64,000 bases of DNA from Laetmonice hystrix (GCA_965235115.1 OZ249440.1:35900001-35964000), one strand, 5' to 3'. Counted from the stretch's first letter, positions 27,935 through 40,994 are shown. Translations and numbers: made by a program. The notes: generated by a model not told the origin, from the letters alone.

Positions 27935-28537
27935 TTATCCGAGTATTGGATTTTTGGAAAAAGAGGATACAAATCTTGCAGCCCAGATAGCCTTCAGCTT
28001 TTCCGATGGATGGCAACCATCATATAGTAGTGTGTACATATGGCGAAACCTTCCACCATGACAGTGGTGCACATCCTGCGAAAGCCATGGCGCAATCACT
28101 CTGTTTTCCTTATTTATGGAGATTATGTACTTGTTAATTTTAACTATGGCCTGGTTCAACGAGTGCTGGTCCGGGTGCTGATCCGTGCTTCGGTTATACA
28201 CCGCTAAGTTTATGCCCACAATTGGACAGATAATGACGGGCACACAGGGGTTAACTTCTTGAACTGCGCGATGAAGGTCCAGATACTTGTTGAAAACCGC
28301 AGTGCTTAAGGTTTCAACGTCTGGTGACTTTAGTGTGGTGATTTTCATACACGGTAATTGGCGTTCGCGTTCTAAGAAATGTAGTATGTGGCTGGTCAGG
28401 GTTTGTATGCGCGCTCCTGGATACACTCGCACGCATACATGGCTGTGCTCCCTCTTGATTAATTTTTCAAGATCCCTCCCTCTGGAGTCGGTAAAGATAA
28501 ATATATCACGTTTGCCCACAGGCCTACTTTCTGCCAT
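27935..28537 (-). CDS. SGNH/GDSL hydrolase-like ORF, probably retroelement-borne
   Basis: IFTDSRG (block I), YPGA, DGCHPS (DxxH). Confidence 0.7.
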   Translation of the reverse strand: MAESRPVGKRDIFIFTDSRGRDLEKLIKREHSHVCVRVYPGARIQTLTSHILHFLERERQLPCMKITTLKSPDVETLSTAVFNKYLDLHRAVQEVNPCVPVIICPIVGINLAVYNRSTDQHPDQHSLNQAIVKINKYIISINKENRVIAPWLSQDVHHCHGGRFRHMYTLLYDGCHPSEKLKAIWAARFVSSFSKNPILG

Positions 28538-28571
28538 ATTGATAAGTCTATAGGAGCGAGTCCCGGATTTT

Positions 28572-28950
28572 TACTTGATGCAGGATTGGTCATTCTAGAT
28601 TAACCCATGTGTTTTTATTGAAGGGGGAGCCAGCTCCAGAATGTTATGGCTGTCAGTGTCCTTTGACACTGAAGCATCTTTTACTCAAATGTGGTGATTT
28701 TACTCTCATCAGACAAAGGTTTTATAATGAGACGAGTCTTAAGGATCTTTTCAGCAATATCAGACCAGGAGTGTTTTAGAGTTCTTGTCAGAGACTGGAC
28801 TTCTGACTCTTTTATAGATGTGTTTTGGTGGTGTTCCCGTTGGTACCCGGGATAAAATAGGTTCCTTTGGTTTTATGGTCTTATAACTCTGTTTTCGCCG
28901 TGAAGATGGCCCCAGATGCCGACACGGCGCAAAACCACCACTACTCACTC
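28572..28950 (+). mobile_element. I-group LINE 3' piece
   Basis: CCHC region, 3'UTR and tail. Confidence 0.92.
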
Positions 28951-29677
28951 CACTTCCTCAGGAGGTAAATGATGCTCAGGGGAAGGCACTGTCAGTCTCT
29001 CGGTCTGCACCCCACGAGAGATCCATCTGCTCTTCGCATAGCTGTGGTCTCTAGCTGTCCGTCGAGGTGTCGTGACTACACTACACACAGACAGATTCTT
29101 CAGTGTCTCTTTCTGTGGCATTTGCTCTCTCTGCGTCTGTTTCTGCGGTGTCCTCTCTGTCTGTGCCTGAAAGGATTATAGCACTGTTTATGCAAATGCA
29201 GGGCTTTCAGTAAGAAAAAAGTACAGGATGAAGTCGGTGAGGTGGCCATGCAGCTGCTAGCAGATCGTACAGATCAGAATTGTGTGCACTCAAAAGGTTC
29301 AAGAAAATTACTTTAGTGATGCTTGTTATTTACCAGTATACTGGCCTCGGATTCTGCCTTTAGAACATAAAACATAGATCATAGAACAGCTAACATACTT
29401 CAAGCCCCCCCCCCCCCCCAGTTGCGAAACCCTGGATCCGCCGCTAGGGTGGGGGTCTTTAAAATAGGCAAAAACAGTGTTACGTAATTTGTGGACAGTA
29501 TAACTCGAGTTATAGTCTTCGCTGAGGTTGGGCAAAGTGGCCGGTTGGCTGGCCTGTCATAAGTGACCTCGCCCTTGGCAATCGCGATTGAATATGCCTC
29601 TTGATTTTTTGAACAGTGACCTCAGTACGTTAGTTCGAGATGCTTAGCGTACCCTTTGACTACCCCGCCGGACACTT

Positions 29678-32600
29678 TGACCCTCTCTGACTTAAATGAC
29701 CAAGAATTAGGTGTGCCTCAGGGAAGCATTTTGTCTGTTACCCTTTTTAGTCTTAAGATCAACAGCATTGTAAACTCGGTTAAAACTGGCATGCCCTGCA
29801 GCCTGTTCGTTGATGACTTTAACGTCTGCTGCAGAGGCAAAAACATGAATGCCATTGAAAGACAACTCCAGCTTTGTCTGAATAGAATCCATACTTGGTC
29901 AGTGGAAAACGGTTTAAAGTTTTCCAAATCTAAAACGGTCTGCATGCACTTTTGCAAGCTGCGTGCCTTCCATCTTGACCCCGAGTTGACAATGGATGGA
30001 GATCCCGTGAAAGTTGTTAAAGAGACAAAGTTTCTAGGTCTCACTTTTGACAGCAAGCTGTCTTTTATTCCTCACATTAAATCGCTCAAATCCAGATGCC
30101 TTAAGGCTCTGGATGTTCTCAAGGTTTTATCCGGCACAAACTGGGGGGCAGACAGTACAGTCCTTTTACAACTGTACAGAGCTTTAATCCGGTCGAAGCT
30201 CGATTACGGCAGCATAGTTTACGGCTCTGCTTGTAAGTCTTACATACGGCTTTTGGACATGGTTCACCACCAGGGTTTGCGGCTTTCACTTGGGGCTTTT
30301 AGAACTTCTCCTGTTCAGAGCCTCTATGTGGAGGCCAGAGAGCCCTCGCTTTACAACAGGCGTCTGAAGCTGGCTCTGCAGTATGCAGTCAAGCTCAGGA
30401 CAAACAGTTCAAATCCAGCTTACAATTGCGTTTTTCACCCTCAGTTCCAACATTTATATGAAAGAAAGGAAACGTACATACGTCCTTTTGGACTGAGGGT
30501 GAAACCTCATCTAGAGGAACTGGATGTTGATCTGAACGTCCTGGGGCAGACACACTTTTGCAATATCCCTCCTTGATAAAATAGGTTCCTTTGGTTTTAT
30601 GGTGTTATAACTCTGATTTCGCCGTGAATATGGCCCCGGATGCCGACACGGCGCAAAACCACCACTACTCACTCACTCACTCCCATCGTAAACCAAAGGT
30701 ATCATTATGGCCTAACCCAACGGAGGCATGAAATTGTTTTTACTCGATGCAGAGTTGGTCATTCTAGATTAACCCATGTGTTTTTTGTTGAAGGGGGAGC
30801 CGCCTCCAGAGTGTTGGTTGAAGGGGGAGCCGCCTCCAGAGTGTTGTGGCTGTCAGTGTCCTTTGACACTGAAGCATCTTTTACTCGAATGTGGTGATTT
30901 GACACAACATGGAAGTACGGCATTTTAAAAGATTTACATGATATGAAAAGGGGCAAACGCCCCCTAAAACCCATATCTCAGTTTTTATCCAACAGACATT
31001 TTCAAGTCAGAGTAGGCACGACCCTGTCTGACTTGCACGACCAAGAATTAGGTGTGCCTCAGGGAAGCATTTTGTCCGTTACCCTTTTTAGTATTAAGAT
31101 CAACAGCATTGTTAACTCGGTTAAAACTGGAATGCCCTGCAGCCTGTTCGTCGATGACTTTGACGTCTGCTGCAGAGGCAAAAACATGAATGCCATTGAG
31201 AGGCAGCTCCAACTCTGTCTCAACAGAATCCACACTTGGTCGGTGGAAAATGGTTTTAAATTTTCAAAATCTAAAACGGTCTGCATGCATTTCTGCAAAC
31301 TGCGTGCTTTCCACCTTGACCCCGAGTTGACAATGGATGGAGACCCTATCAAGGTTGTTAAAAAGACAAAGTTTCTGGGACTCACTTTTGACAGCAAGCT
31401 GTCTTTTATCCCTCACATTAAATCCCTCAAATCCAGATGCCTTAAGGCTCTGGATGTTCTCAAGGTTTTATCTGGCACAAACTGGGGGGCAGACAGTACA
31501 GTCCTTTTACAACTGTACAGAGCTTTAATCCGGTCGAAGCTCGATTACGGTAGCATAGTTTATGGTTCTGCTTGTAAGTCTTACATTCGGCTTTTGGACA
31601 CGGTTCACCACCAGGGTTTGCGGCTTTCACTTGGGGCTTTTAGAACGTCTCCTGTTCAGAGCCTCTATGTGGAGGCCCGAGAGCCATCGCTTGACAACAG
31701 GCGTCTGAAGCTGGCTCTGCAGTATGCAGTCAAGCTCGGGACAAACAGTTCAAATCCAGCTTACAATTGCGTTTTTCACCCTCAGTTCCAACATTTATAT
31801 GAAAGAAAGGAAACGTACATACGTCCTTTTGGACTGAGGGTGAAACCTCATCTAGAGGAACTGGATGTTGATCTGCACGTCCTGGGGCAGACACATTTTT
31901 GCAACATTCCTCCTTGGGACCTGAAAAAGCCTGACGTCATTTTTCAGTTGGCTCAACTGAAGAAGTCAGAGACTCATCCCCTGACATATTTTGAACATTT
32001 TCTTGACGTCCAGGCAAGGTATCCCTCACATTATGCCTTCTATACAGATGGCTCAAAGGATGGCAGTGATGTGTCTGCGGCTGCAGTTCATGGCAAGCAC
32101 AACTTCGGCACCCGCATCTCGGGGCAAAGTTCCATCTTCTCAGCAGAGGCCCGGGCCCTGCTTCTTGCCCTTGAAAATATTGAAGTTTCTAGTGAAAAGG
32201 ATTTCCTTATTTTCTCGGATTCCTTATCCTGTCTGCAAGCACTTGCTAACTTGAACACAGATCACCCGGTGATCGTTCAAATCTTGTCCAAGTTGGCAGT
32301 GCTTGCCAATGCAAACTTTGATATTCACTTTTGCTGGGTGCCTGGGCATGTTGGTATCCCAGGCAATGAGCAAGCTGACAGAACTGCCGGGAGGGCTCTT
32401 GGAACAGACGTCGAACTGTGTCCGGTCCCAGCCTCTGACCTCAGACCTACCATCTGGGCATACATTAAGAACAAATGGCAGGCTGAATGGGATGAACAAC
32501 CAAACAATAAATTGTACCAGATCAGTCCTGTCGTGAACCAAAGGTGTCTTCACGGCCTAACCCAACGTAGGCATGAAATTGTTTTTACTCGATGCAGAGT

Positions 32601-34153
32601 TGGTCATTCTAGATTAACTCATGTGTTTTTATTGAAGGGGGAGCCGCCTCCAGAGTGTTATGGCTGTCAGTGTCCTTTGACACTGAAGCATCTTTTACTT
32701 GAGTGTGGTGATTTTACTCTGATCAGACAACGGTTTTATAATGAGACAAGTCTTAAGGAACTTTTTAGCAATGTTAGACCAGGAGTGATTTTAGAGTTCT
32801 TGTCAGAGGCCAGACTTCTGACTCTTTTATAGTTCATGCTCGATGATAGCTAAGGATATTCCCGTTGGGGCCCTGGATAAAATAGGTTCCTTTCATTTCA
32901 TGGTCTTTTAACCCTGTTTTCGCCGTGAATATGGCCCCGGATGCCGACACGGCGGAAAATCACCACTACACACACACACACACCAACATTTATATGAAAG
33001 AAAGGAAACGTACATACGTCCTTTTGGACTGAGGGTGAAACCTCATCTAGAGGAACTGGATATTGATCTGAACGTCCTGGGGCAGACACACTTTTGCAAC
33101 ATTCCTCCTTGGGACCTGGAAAAGCCTGATGTCATCCTTCAGTTGGCTCAACTGAAGAAGTCGGAGACTCATCCTCTGACATATTTTGACCATTTCCTTG
33201 ACGTCCAGGCAAGGTATCCGTCTCATTATGCCTTCTATAAGGATGGCAGTGATGTGTCTGCGGCAGCAGTTCATGGCAAACACAACTTCGGCACCCGCAT
33301 CTCAGGGCAAAGTTCCATCTTCTCAGCAGAGGCCCGGGCCCTGCTTCTTGCCCTTCAAAATATTGAAGTTTCGGGCAAAAAGGACTTCCTTATTTTCTCG
33401 GATTCCTTGTCCTGTCTGCAAGCTCTTGCTGGCTTGAACACAGATCACCCAGTGATCGTTCGAATCTTGTCCAAGTTGGCAATGCTTGCCAATGCAAACT
33501 TTGACATTCACTTTTGCTGGGTGCCCGGCCATGTTGGCATACCGGGCAATGAGCAAGCCGACAGAACTGCCAAGAGAGCGCTTGAAACGGACGTCGAATT
33601 GTGTCCAATCCCAGCCTCTGACCTCAGGCCTACCATCTGGGCTTATGTTAAAAACAAATGGCAGGCCGAATGGGATGAACAACCAAACAATAAGTTGTAT
33701 CAGATCAGTCCCATCATAAACCAAAGGTATCATCATGGCCTGACCCAACGGAGGCATGAAATTGTTTTTACTCGATGCAGGATTGGTCATTCTAGATTAA
33801 CCCACGTGTTTTTATTGAAGGGGGAGCCGCCTCCTGAATGTTATGGCTGTCAATGTCCTTTGACACTGAAGCATCTTTTACTCGAATGTGGTGATTTTAC
33901 TCTCATCAGACAAAGGTTTTATAATGAGATGAGTCTTAAGGATCTTTTTAGCAATGTCAGACCAGGAGTGATTTTAGAGTTCTTGTCAGAGGCTGGACTT
34001 CTGACTCTTTTATAGATGTGTTTTGGTGGTGTTCCCGTTGGGACCCGGGATAAAATAGGTTCCTTTGGTTTTATGGTGTTATAACTCTGATTTCGCCGTG
34101 AATATGGCCCCGGATGCCGACACGGCGCAAAACCACCACTACTCACTCACTCA
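29678..34153 (+). mobile_element. Head-to-tail concatemer of four I-group LINE pieces (29678-30680, 30681-30900, 30901-32981, 32982-34153)
   Basis: ORFs 29656-30576, 30943-32832 and 33035-34015; tails at ~30680, ~32981 and ~34153. Confidence 0.92.
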
Positions 34154-34755
34154 CTTGAAACGGGAGGTGTCCAATCCACAGGCCCAGAACAGCAAGCATA
34201 ACATATGGGACATCCGCCCCATCGTATATGGAACAACCCCTGGGGCAACAAAAAAGGGCCCTGGCTGAAGCCCCCTAACCCTAGGAACGTTCTGAGCAAC
34301 TCCACAGGGCAAAACTCCAAATCCGGCCGAGCAGCAATCTTAACCACCTGAGGGATGGGTGAACTCTTTGACAAGGGAATTGTAACCCTGACCCCGTCCG
34401 AGTCAAACAAAAGACCCCCAACTGCACATCACGGGCCGGGTCCCCTACCAGCTGCCAGAGTAGAAAAAGCGAAACCGAACCAAATAGGCCAGGTAACACA
34501 AAACATCCACCTCATAGGGCAAAACCGGACCCAACCCACGAAGGGAAGCAACAAAATCGAAAACCTCCTGCCACACCTGCCGGTATTTCACCCATGTTGC
34601 TGGTGCTAGGGATGCACCAACTGTCCGCCTTACCAGGGATAAAAGGCGATCCCCTGCTGCCAAGTGTTGAACACTGACCGGGTGAATCCATGGGGGGGAT
34701 ACGGCGGGGTAGGTATGCAGCATGTGGCAAGGATGCCCGGAACGCCTGAAAGCCA
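34154..34755 (-). mobile_element. DIRS-type tyrosine recombinase, N-terminal part
   Basis: ASLAPATWVKYRQVW and FCPVELL; overlaps the 9713-9931 copy. Confidence 0.75.
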
Positions 34756-36020
34756 CAGGCGAAGTTTGCCCGTTTTCTTGCGTACCAAGATGACGTAGGG
34801 GCTGGAGCTCTCTCGGATAACGTCAGTGTCCAGTGCGTTTTGGAGGTAGTCACAGACTTCCGACCACTGGTGGGGAGGGATTCTATGGTGGGCCATCCTG
34901 GCAGGCTGGTCATCCTCTAAAACAATACAATGTTTGACCGCATCACAATACCCGATGTCGTCCACTGATTTGCTAAATACAGTTTCGTTCTTCCTCATAA
35001 CCTCTTGCAGTTCGGCAGCCTCCTCCTCTGTAAGGTTGCTTCCTAGGTCCATCTGACCGATCAATGGCTGGACTGTCTCTGCAGCTCCCCGTTATAGTTG
35101 CAACGGTCTTGAACATGAACGTCATTGTCTTCGGCAAATACAAGTTCCGTCTGTGGCTCTACCTCAGCCAACTTCAGAATTCCAAACGACGTACGGGGTT
35201 GTAGATAAACATCTGTGTCTTGGAAATTTGCAAACTGTCCAGGAACACGGCCAGATCTATCGATAGCCACGAAGGATGGTCCGAGACGCACTCTATCAGG
35301 CAATCTTGGTCCTGAGACATCTGGCTCCACAACGGCAGTGAACCTATTGGTCAAGGATGCCTTCACTGTACACTCTACCACTCCTGGCTGGCATCAACAC
35401 TGGTTTCTTTCCAGCGACTCTGACCTTGCTGTCTTCATAGGTCGACGTTTTGGTGAACCTGGTTTCTTGATAAAGGGCAAATATGATCTTCTGCAGCTCC
35501 AGCTCAAAACTTCCCTGTGTTTTACTTTGTCGTAGTTGTCCAAAAACATTGTCGTAGTTGTCCAAAAACATTTGATGTAACTCCTGGTACGGTTTACTTG
35601 CGATGGGCCATCAGACCCTCTACATCTTTAACCACAAGGATTCCAACATTTATCAGGCTACAGCTACTATGCCTTAATTATCTCTTCTGGATAAGCCCTG
35701 ACTTGGTCATTCTCCCAGCTATTTCCTTACGGGCTTCACCCCCAAATGACTGATGATCAGGTTTGCAAAATCAGCAGCAGACAGGTTTCGGGCTTTGGCC
35801 TGGCCATGAATATCAGACACCCACTCACGTACCGATGGATCTGCAGCACTCTCCGGCCTACCTCTAAACTTCTCTAACCGGGTACCGACACGGCGCAAAA
35901 CCACCACTACTCACTCACTCACTAACTGGGTAGTAGGAAGCACTACAACAGGCTTGGCCTGCGCTGCCTGTAGAACGTGGGGTTGTTCTAACAAACGACT
36001 TTCCTGTCCTCAGTCGTTCC
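34756..36020 (-). mobile_element. Deleted Gypsy gag-pol
   Basis: IRESSSPYVILVRKKTGKLRL (RT start); gag RLEKFRG..VREWVSD. Confidence 0.8.
35885..35921 (+). mobile_element. 37-bp LINE terminal insertion in Gypsy gag
   Basis: ccgacacggcgcaaaaccaccactactcactcactca; TSD ctaaccgggta / ctaactgggta. Confidence 0.85.
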
Positions 36021-36025
36021 AGTTC

Positions 36026-36485
36026 CAGGCAGGCATCAGACCAGGATGGGCAACTAGTCAGTGGGAAACACCACTCCTGAGTGTGTGTAGCTGTGACATG
36101 AGAAGGCAGGCAGGCATCAGCCCAGGATGGGCAACTAGTCAGTGGGAAACACCACTCCTGAGTGTGTGTAGCTGTGACATGAGAAGGCAGGCAGGCATCA
36201 GACCAGGATGGGCAACTTGTCAGTGGGAAACACCACTCCTGAGTGTGTGTAGCTGTGACATGAGAAGGCAGGCAGGCATCAGACCAGGATGGGCAACTTG
36301 TTAGTGGGAAACACCACTCCTGAGTGTGTGTAGCTGTGACATGAGAAGGCAGGCAGGCATCAGACCTGGATGGGCAACTAGTCAGTGGGAAACACCACTC
36401 CTGAGTGTGTGTAGCTGTGACATAAGAAGGCAGGCAGGCATCAGACCTGGATGGGCAACTTGTCAGTGGGAAACACCACTCCTGA
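36026..36485. repeat. 81-bp tandem repeat, about 5.7 copies
   Basis: aggcaggcatcagaccaggatgggcaac...gacatgagaaggc. Confidence 0.95.
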
Positions 36486-38240
36486 ACGTGTAGCAGAAGT
36501 TTACTTCTTTGCCTTCTTGGAAATGGTACTTGTCCTTTCTGCCCGCGGTCGTTTTCGTTGGTGTGGTTTTCTTCCTGCTGAGGTAGAGGCTTTGACCCGT
36601 AGCTTTCCATCTGTGGACAGTACTGTCCGTGCCCCTTTCTTTCTAGGTACCATGAAACGGGCCAGATGTGCTTCCCGTTGGCGCGGTGACATGTCAGTCC
36701 ATTCCTCTCGTGTTTTTTTGTAATGCTTATACAGGGGAGCTAGAGCGAAGTTTCCTACATCAAGAATAGCATGCCCAAGGTCATTTTCCTGTGCCAGAAC
36801 GATGCTTTTCAATGTCTCAATTAACTTGGGGATCTGTTGTGGTTTCCACAAAACTGCCTGCTTGAGGGCATGGTTCAGTGACTCACTGTTGTTGTTCGTC
36901 CATTTATAGCCCGTCCCTTGTTGTTGATTTGGGAGGACGACTCGCTCACGCACAATGGGCAACAGTCGACAGTTCAAGGAATTGCTGAAGTTGTCCTCCA
37001 AGGAGAGCCTCTGAGGCAACCGATGAACCTCGTGCACCCGGTTGACATATTCAGTGTTATCTTATGCAGCAGCAATACCGTTCTCTGCAAAGATCAGCTC
37101 AACCAATCTGTTCCTGTCTGAAGAGCGGAGCCCAACCTTATCTTTTAGGAAGCTGATGACATTGTTTTTTAGATGACGAGTACATGCCAAAACTGTCGAC
37201 TCCGGGAAACAGTCCTTGATGGCATTAACCAGAGCCTTTTCGTCGTCAGAGCCAACCATCAGTTTTGAACGATCACACCCCACCATGGCACCTGCTAGAC
37301 ACGAGAAGAAATACCTGAAAACTGGGAAAGTGGACGAACCATGCAAAAACATTGGGCCAAACATGATAGGATGGTCTTTTGAGGAACGGCGATAGACAGC
37401 ATGGTTTTTGAACGATGTTACTGTCACAAAGACATTTCCCAGGTTGTAGGTTTTATCCACCCCTAGGACAGACCGTTCTTCGGAGTTGCAACACATGTGG
37501 ATTAAACACTTCACCGTGTTTTCTGTGTAGAGGACAACAGAAGGAACCTCGTCTTTGCTCAGCTCTATGGACCGTACAAAGTCGTCGGTCAAAACCATAC
37601 TGGCAACACGCATGACATGGTCGGCAAAGTTTCTGCTGTGTACCACACCATCGGAAGCAGATTGCGCTTCTTTCTTCTGGTCGTGATGCTTTTTATTATG
37701 CACCTGCTTCACGTTCCTTGGACCAGAAGTTAGGTCCTCTTTTAACAGTAAGTTGTTATAAACCTCTGTTGGTCGCACTTGCCTCACTTGCTCTCCAATC
37801 GCTTCCAAGGTGGCCGGGACCGTTCTGACATATTCCCCCGTAACAGAAGCATGTTTGCAGTTGCCATGCAAGGAGCGCCCAGGAAATTGCCCCTTATACT
37901 CGACCAGCGCTATCTGTCTGTGACTTTTGGACACTGACTCTGGCAACGAATCCAGCCAACTCACTCGGCGCTGATATGCACTGCACTCCTTTAGAATAGA
38001 ATAGTTGCGCCTTAGAACCAGTACTTCCTCTGGGGCAGGCTGGGGCTGTAGAGGCTCTAAGACGAGAATACCACCAATCACTTTGCTTGTGCAGTATTGG
38101 TTATCTTTTACACGAATGGCTTTCCAACCACTATCGGTTTGAAGGAAAAACGACTTTGGAGTTGAGCCACTGCGGGACTGCCAAACTCCACAGTCATCCC
38201 AGAAAGCACTTCTTCTTCCAGAAGTCCGCCTGGACATATT
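36486..38240 (-). mobile_element. MULE-like transposase, disrupted
   Basis: LGVDKTYNLG, GSDDEKAL, CTRHL and TNNNSESLNH motifs. Confidence 0.75.
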
Positions 38241-38256
38241 GTCGCCATTTTCTAAG

Positions 38257-38432
38257 ATTCAGTTCCAACATTTATATGAAAAAAAGGAAACGTACATACG
38301 TCCTTTTGGACTGAGGGTGAAACCTCATCTAGAGGAACTGGATCAGATCAGTCCCATCGTAAACCAAAGGCATCATCATGGCCTAGCCCAACGGAGGCAA
38401 AATGGCGCAAATCCACCACTACTCACTCACTC
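38257..38432 (+). mobile_element. Collapsed I-group LINE: three short segments joined, with tail
   Basis: QFQHLYE..HLEELD | QISPIVNQ..QRR | ggcgcaaatccaccactactcactcactc. Confidence 0.85.
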
Positions 38433-38532
38433 AATATGAAGTCATGTCATAATTGGTGGGAAGTCTTAAATAGACACCAGCCATCGCTGTAGATTATAAT
38501 ATTAGAAATTTGCTACACATGCCCGTATGTAT

Positions 38533-39366
38533 GTATCCGTCTCATTATGCCTTCTATACTGATGGCTCAAAGGATGGCAGGGATGTGTCTGCGGCAGCAG
38601 TTCATGGCAAGCACAACTTCGGCACCCGCATCTCAGGGCAAAGTTCCATCTTCTCAGCAGAGGCCCGGGCCCTGCTTCTTGCCCTTCAAAATATTGAAGT
38701 TTCTGGCAAAAAGGACTTCCTCATTTTCTCGGATCCCTTATCCTGTCTGCAAGCACTTGCTAACTTGAACACAGATCACCCAGCGATCGTCCAAATCTTG
38801 TCCAAGTTGGCAGTGCTTGCCAATGCAAACTTTGATATTCACTTTTGCTGGGTGCCTGGCCATGTTGGCATACCGGGCAATGAGCAATGACCTCAGACCT
38901 ACCATCTGGGCTTATGTTAAAAAACAAATGGCAGGCCGAATGGGATGAACAACCAAACAATAAATTGTATCAGATCAGTCCCATCGTAGACCAAAGGTTT
39001 CATCATGGCCTAACCCAACGGAGGCATGAAATTGTTTTTACTCGATGCAGAGTTGGTCATTCTAGATTAACCCGTGTGTTTTTATCGAAGGGGGAGCCAC
39101 CTCCAGAATGTTATGGCTGTCGGTGTCCTTTGACACTGAAGCATCTTTTACTCGAATGTGGTGATTTTACTCTCATCAGACAAAGGTTTTATAATGAGAC
39201 GAGTCTTAAGGATCTTTTTAGCAATATCAGACCAGGAGTGATTTTAGAGTTCTTGTCAGAGGCTGGACTTCTGACTCTTTTATAGATGTGTTTTGGTGGT
39301 GTTCCCGTTGGGACCCGGGATAAAATAGGTTCCTTTGGTTTTATGGTCTTATAACTCTTGTTTTCG
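38533..39366 (+). mobile_element. I-group LINE RNase H to 3'UTR piece, tail lost
   Basis: ORFs 38510-38890 and 38887-39285. Confidence 0.92.
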
Positions 39367-39598
39367 GACCTGTTTACAGACCTTGTTTACAGGACCTGGT
39401 ATAGGTGAACAATTCAGCGCCGCAGGTGCTTTGGGATAGGCTGGTCGAGTGGGGGTCACAGTTATCCTTCTCATCGTTGTTGGCGGGTCATCATCGCTAC
39501 CTGATTGAGAACACATCATGGAATACTGCAATTACTTTGAATATCTGGTTGATATTTAGATATTTATATTATTTATATTTATTTAGATATTGATATTT

Positions 39599-39735
39599 AG
39601 ATGTGTTTTGGTGGTGTTCCCGTTGGGACCCGGGATAAAATAGGTTCCTTTAGTTTTATGGTCTTATAACTCTGTTTTCGCCGTGAGGATGGCCCCGGAT
39701 GCCGACACGGCGCAAAACCACCACTACTCACTCAC
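39599..39735 (+). mobile_element. 3'UTR-only LINE insertion
   Basis: TSD ttgatattt at 39590-39598 and 39736-39744. Confidence 0.88.
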
Positions 39736-40464
39736 TTGATATTTTACAGATATATATATATCAATTTATTTAAAACGCTCAATGCAACCCCTTCCCAAGT
39801 TCCTATTTTATGGGAAAATGTGAACGTTCACTATGGCTGTATGGGAGCTCCTTGATAATGGGAGAGGGCAAAGAGGTTTATTTTTGCACAGATAAAAACA
39901 TAAGTACCAATGAATGTGCATGAATTTTCTCCACTGTTTTGCCCGAATTTGGGTGGCTATTGCCGTCCCCCGCCCCCTGGTTCGTACGCCCATAACATTC
40001 ACTAATTAAGCATACTATAGTCATACTTTAGGTCTGTTAAATATAGAGGCAGCATTACGGTAAAATAGGGTGAATAGGCAAGGGGGGGGGGGTGAATATG
40101 GACAATTTTTCATAACATTATAACAGTTGCATTTTTTTATTTTTGTTTCTCCAAAACTTCAGTAGCTTTATTTACAAACTGTTTATGTATGTTTCGGGGG
40201 AAACAACACTGATTTTAACTTGATAAAAATTCTCCCTATTCACCCGTTTTAGAGTACCATAAAACCTTATCTATCACACAACATAAAGCTCCAATCAGCT
40301 ACCCTCTTCAGTTTGTGTGATCATATTTCCTTTTTTATGGACTGAGCAAGATTAGTGCAAATTAGAGGTCAGTTTATTTTTTTACAAATCCACCTACTGT
40401 CTGGCTCAGGTTGTTTTCTCTTAAGCACGTCTTCTCTTTCCTACACCCATGTCTTCCGAGTCAC

Positions 40465-40994
40465 CTCAGACCTACCATCTGGGCTTATGTTAAAAACAAA
40501 TGGCAGGCCGAATGGGATGAACAACCAAACAATAAGTTGTATCAGATCAGTCCCATGGTAAATCAAAGGTATCATCATGGCCTAACCCAACGTAGGCATG
40601 AAATTGTTTTTACTCGATGCAGAGTTGGTCATTCTAGATTAACCCATGTGTTTTTATTGAAGGGGGAGCCACCTCCAGAATGTCATGGCTGTCAGTGTCC
40701 TTTGACACTGAAGCATCTTTTACTCGAATGTGGCGATTTTACTCTCATCAGACAAAGGTTTTATAATGAGACGAGTCTTAAGGATCTTTTTAGCAATATC
40801 AGACCAGGAGTGATTTTGGAGTTCTTGTCAGAGGCTGGACTTCTGAATCTTTTATAGATGTGTTTTGGGTGTTCCCGTTGGGACCCGGGATAAAATAGGT
40901 TCCTTTGGTTTTATGGTCTTATAACTCTGTTTTCGCCGTCAATATGGCCCCAGATGCCGACACGGCGCAAAACCACCACTACTCACTCACTCAC
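40465..40994 (+). mobile_element. 5'-truncated I-group LINE
   Basis: TSD tccgagtcac at 40455-40464 and 40995-41004. Confidence 0.93.

Noticed and set aside
14471..34153. Template switching of the LINE RT onto sense transposon mRNAs as the source of the fragments
   Set aside because: That would give fragments co-oriented with the LINE and intron-free. The observed fragments are opposite in orientation and retain introns.
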